Source: an uncultured Alphaproteobacteria bacterium (GTDB lineage: Bacteria > Pseudomonadota > Alphaproteobacteria > Sphingomonadales > Sphingomonadaceae). Taken from it: DNA of 64,000 bases. This document shows positions 63,389 through 64,000 of this stretch, piece by piece. Under the pieces are notes generated by a model. The model did no database searches. It had not been told where the DNA came from and was given only the letters and a program-made list of their open reading frames with translations. Where the stretch lies: assembly GCA_963847215.1 (NCBI GenBank), contig CAWJZA010000016.1, positions 212,542 to 276,541 of the forward strand, in the 5' to 3' direction. The position numbers and the translations under genes are program-made. Within the stretch, counting starts at the first letter, position 1; the number at the start of each line of letters is the position of its first letter.

Positions 63389-64000
63389 ATGAACCACGCT
63401 GTTCGCACCATCGTCCTTCTCGGCGGCGGCGCCGTCGCCGGCCTCGGCCTGGCGCTCGGGCTCGAGACCGGCGTCGGCCGCACGCCGGTCAGCGCCGATG
63501 TTATCGCGCCGCCGCCGGCGATCGCCACGACCCGGGTGGCGCCGGCTGATGCCGGGCAGCTCCAGCTGAGCTTCGCGCCGGTGGCGAAGCGCGCCGCGCC
63601 GGCGGTGGTCAACGTCTATTCGGCGCGGGTCAACCGCAGCCGGGCGACGCTGATGGACGACCCCTTCTTCCGCCAGTTCTTCGGCGGCGGCGCGCCGCAG
63701 CCGCGCGTCGAGCAGTCGCTGGGCAGCGGCGTCATCGTCCAGGCCGACGGGCTGATCGTCACCAACAACCATGTCGTCCAGGGCGCGGACGAGATCCTCG
63801 TCAGCCTCGCCGACCGCCGCGAGTTCAAGGCCAAGCTGGTTTTCGCCGATGCCAAGTCGGATCTGGCGCTGCTTCGCGTCGACACCAAGGGCAGCCGGCT
63901 GCCGGTCATCCGCCTCGGCGACAGCGACCGGGCCGAGGTCGGCGACGTCGTGCTCGCCGTCGGCAATCCGTTCGGCGTCGGCCAGACGGTGACGCACGGC
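63389..64000 (+). CDS. Do family (DegP/DegQ) serine endopeptidase, 5' part (truncated by window end)
   Basis: SFAPVAKRAAPAVVNVY, DPFFRQFFG, SLGSGVIV, VTNNHVV, DLALL, AVGNPFGVGQTVT. Confidence 0.92.
   Translation, partial: MNHAVRTIVLLGGGAVAGLGLALGLETGVGRTPVSADVIAPPPAIATTRVAPADAGQLQLSFAPVAKRAAPAVVNVYSARVNRSRATLMDDPFFRQFFGGGAPQPRVEQSLGSGVIVQADGLIVTNNHVVQGADEILVSLADRREFKAKLVFADAKSDLALLRVDTKGSRLPVIRLGDSDRAEVGDVVLAVGNPFGVGQTVTHG

Overview
High-GC alphaproteobacterial chromosomal segment, most likely Sphingomonadales (inferred from gene order, the PEPxxWA-CTERM protein, FzlA and promoter motifs). It is mostly core genome: the full dcw cluster (mraZ-rsmH-ftsL-ftsI-murE-murF-mraY-murD-ftsW-murG-murC-murB-ddl-ftsQ-ftsA-ftsZ), argS-SPOR-nagZ-scpA-scpB-tatABC, coaBC-dut-moeB-dsrE-PBP1A, xth-fzlA-queG, cysK, pgm, pyrC, a CYP153-ferredoxin-GMC oxidoreductase operon, cspA-infA and a partial degP/degQ. 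Many genes, some essential, carry single-base frameshifts, densest at about 9.6-16.3 kb. These look like long-read sequencing errors rather than pseudogenes. No rRNA, tRNA, CRISPR array, integrase or transposase was recognised. The most interesting signals are non-coding or very small. (1) An unannotated ~135-nt candidate sRNA (15154-15289) of three hairpins with poly-C loops, behind an exact GGAAC-N16-CGTT general-stress (EcfG/SigT) promoter and back-to-back with a stress gene. (2) A 65-aa signal-peptide plus PEP-CTERM-like-tail microprotein behind a perfect sigma54 promoter. (3) A beta-solenoid plus channel-like membrane protein inserted after ftsZ. All calls come from reading the sequence; no database searches were run.
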